64,000 nucleotides of DNA. Source: an uncultured Pseudomonadota bacterium (GTDB lineage Bacteria > Vulcanimicrobiota > Vulcanimicrobiia > Eremiobacterales > Eremiobacteraceae). The notes below the pieces were generated by a model. It was given only the letters and a program-made list of their open reading frames with translations, had not been told where the DNA came from and ran no database searches. Of this stretch, positions 61,879 to 64,000 are shown in pieces. The stretch's first letter is position 1, and each line of letters starts with the position of its first letter. The position numbers were made by a program, and so were the translations under genes. The stretch lies in assembly GCA_963736005.1 (NCBI GenBank), contig CAVTNB010000002.1, positions 96,001 to 160,000 of the forward strand, given 5' to 3'.

Positions 61879-63300
61879 GTGCGCGTGGTCGTCAACCTGC
61901 TTGTCACGATCCCGCTTGCCCGCATTCTCAACGTGTGGGTGGACGAGGCATACACGCTCTACACCACGGGCTCAACGTTAAAGCACGCAATCGGTCGAGC
62001 GATCTACTTTGAGTACCAACCGCCCTTTTACTTTGCAACGCTCAACCTGTGGCGCTCCTTAGACCACTCCGTTTTCTTTGCGCGGCTCTTCTCCGTTCTT
62101 TGCGTCGCCTTCACAATCTACGCGGCCGGTAAACTCTCGGTCCGCTATCTCAAGGGCCTGAATCCAGCGGTGGCACTCGCAGCTATTGCGATCAACCCGG
62201 CAGCGATTTGGGCTGCAGAGGAGATTCGTGTCTATGCCTTAGCAGGGCTGCTTGGCGCGCTGCTTCTGTGGACCTTTTATGATGGCTACTTGACGGAAAG
62301 TCAGACCAGAAACTCTCGATCGCTGCATGTGATCTTGGCAGTCGTTGCCCTGTATACGCAGTACTTCTTAGGCTTTTTGCTCGCAGGCAACGTGGTGACT
62401 CTGCTCGTGATGCGGCGCTCTCAGGCGCTTCGATCATACGTGCTCGGAATGATCGTCGTCGCGATCTTTTGTCTCCCTATCGCCTATGTATTGCGAGGAC
62501 AAATCACCGCCGGAACGTCAACATTTGTGAGCTCGCTTGCGCCGCTCCAGTTGGCCAATGCTATCTTGTCGACGCTGCTCTCCTATGTCATGCCGCTTGC
62601 CTGGGTTAACGCTTGGTACATCTTGCCAATTGGACTTGTCGCAGCCGCTGTGATCGTGTTTCTCGCTGCCAGGGGCCTTCCGTTGAAGGAAGAGGCCTGT
62701 GCGTCATCGCCGCCGTGGGCACCACTTGTCTCTTCATCGCGATGGCCATAACGAAAGAACCTTTTGCGCGCGCGTTACGTGTATATACTTTTCATCCCAC
62801 TCGTGTTTGCGTGGCTCGCTGTGTTAGCGTCGCTTGGGCGTCACGCACGGACTATCGCTACGATTTGGCTTATCGCGTTTGTTATCTGCAGCGCGGTGAG
62901 TCTCCACTTCACATACCGCGCACTCGCCAAGACAGGGGACTGGCAGCGCGTCGCCACATATATCATGACAGTCGGAACAGCCAAACGAACCGATTCTGGT
63001 TTTTGGCTTCGCATACACGTTCCCACTCAAAGTATACTACTCGGGCAATAACCCCATTGTCGCGCTCCCGACCTACGCCCTACGAGATGAACAGCAACTC
63101 AAGGCCAAGCTCGATAGCACGCCTGGCCGTCACGCTCTGGTTTGGCTCGTGAAAACTGAGGAGTGCACCCGCGAAAATGTGGACTTGCACTGTGCAATGT
63201 TAGAAGATTTTATCGCGAAGCATTTTTCAGTTGTAGCAAGCCGCGCTTTCTACGGATCCTCGGTGCGCTTGCTAAGGCGAAAGCGAACATCGCTGGCTTC
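61879..63300 (+). CDS. GT39/PMT-ArnT-like membrane glycosyltransferase, several frameshifts (3' end approximate)
   Basis: W.DEAYT, QPPFYF...W, ARLFS, E.RVYAL, TQYF, RY, DWQRVA.YI across three or more frames. Confidence 0.7.
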
Positions 63301-63692
63301 GCTCGCTCATGGACGCGGAAGTCATCGGCGAATCCGGTGTTGCTGTCAAGGTAGCAATGCGGCAGGAGCGATCAATCAGCATACTCCCCCGATTAGGGAC
63401 CGTTCAACGGCCAGGGCATCCCAAGACGAAACCAGCCGAATGAGGATCCGAGCACAGCATGATCCATTGACCATTTGGCCTTCGGACTGGGTTGGACCAA
63501 GGCTCCTTAGAGACATTGCTTGCCCACGTACCCTTCATATGCTGGGCTTTGGCGTGCGCGACTGATCACAATCTCAAAAAAACGTGTCAAGCGCGCCGTG
63601 ACTTCGCGCATAGTTCCAACTGCACATGTTTCATATGATGCCCTAACTGAGAGCGGGCTTTTCCGCTCTCTTCGTTTGGGGTCAAAATTCCA

Positions 63693-64000
63693 TTGGTTGA
63701 TCTCAAGCGGTATTTCCGTTCCATTTTCTTCCTCTGTACTGGCATGCATCTTTGCGATCGCGCTATTCGCGGGATGCGGCGGATCGTCGTCTGTCGCTCC
63801 ACCTCTGAAAAACACAAGCGGTCCTCTTCGCCAAGCCCATCACCGTTGCCCTCGGGTAGTCCCGACCCGGCGCAGGCGGTGGTGAACCACTGGGATTCAT
63901 CTTTTTATTACGTCCAGAATGCGACATGCGGTCACTTTCATGTCGCCTACAACACCAACACAGTCCTTCGTCCCGAGCCGGTCGGCAATCACTGAAGGCG
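63693..64000 (+). CDS. Probable secreted lipoprotein, frameshifted and truncated by the window edge
   Basis: Lipobox FAGC-GGSS in one frame, SPSPSP linker and globular sequence in another. Confidence 0.35.

Noticed and set aside
63300..63690. Coding or structured RNA feature
   Set aside because: No convincing ORF, repeat or fold could be supported by eye.

Overview
GC-rich bacterial chromosomal window. Gene order (rplU-prp, trmD-rplS-lepB-rbgA-rnhB-yraN, scpAB, split gcvPA/gcvPB) and the style of its secreted hypothetical proteins suggest a Terrabacteria soil lineage, possibly Ca. Eremiobacterota (inference, not tested). It has three parts. (1) ~2.5-28 kb is an accessory-looking stress/low-oxygen energy cluster: ackA, Hsp20, triple-BON protein, two universal stress proteins, an alternative N-type F1Fo ATPase operon (atpD-C-Q-B-E-F-A-G, no atpR, c-subunit lacking the Na+ signature), phosphoketolase, an ABC pair without binding protein, an acyl-CoA ligase/GNAT (Pat-like) fusion, a TetR-controlled YbhGFSR-like efflux system and a K+ channel, followed by tRNA-Sec. 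(2) ~28.5-54 kb is mostly core genes (nfo, scpAB, gcvTHP, speD/E, rplU-prp without rpmA, trmD, rplS, lepB), carrying about 15 GTAG-footed REP hairpins of three sequence families, including a 4-copy tandem array and mixed-family doublets. (3) A ~3.8 kb insert splits two lepB paralogs (PTP, Tat/DsrE-like lipoprotein, 6-repeat beta-propeller lipoprotein plus an inverted decayed copy), followed by rbgA-rnhB-yraN, a Ser/Thr kinase and a GT39-like gene. Small indels in essential genes (gcvT, gcvPA, rplS) point to uncorrected sequencing errors. No CRISPR array, integrase or transposase was found.
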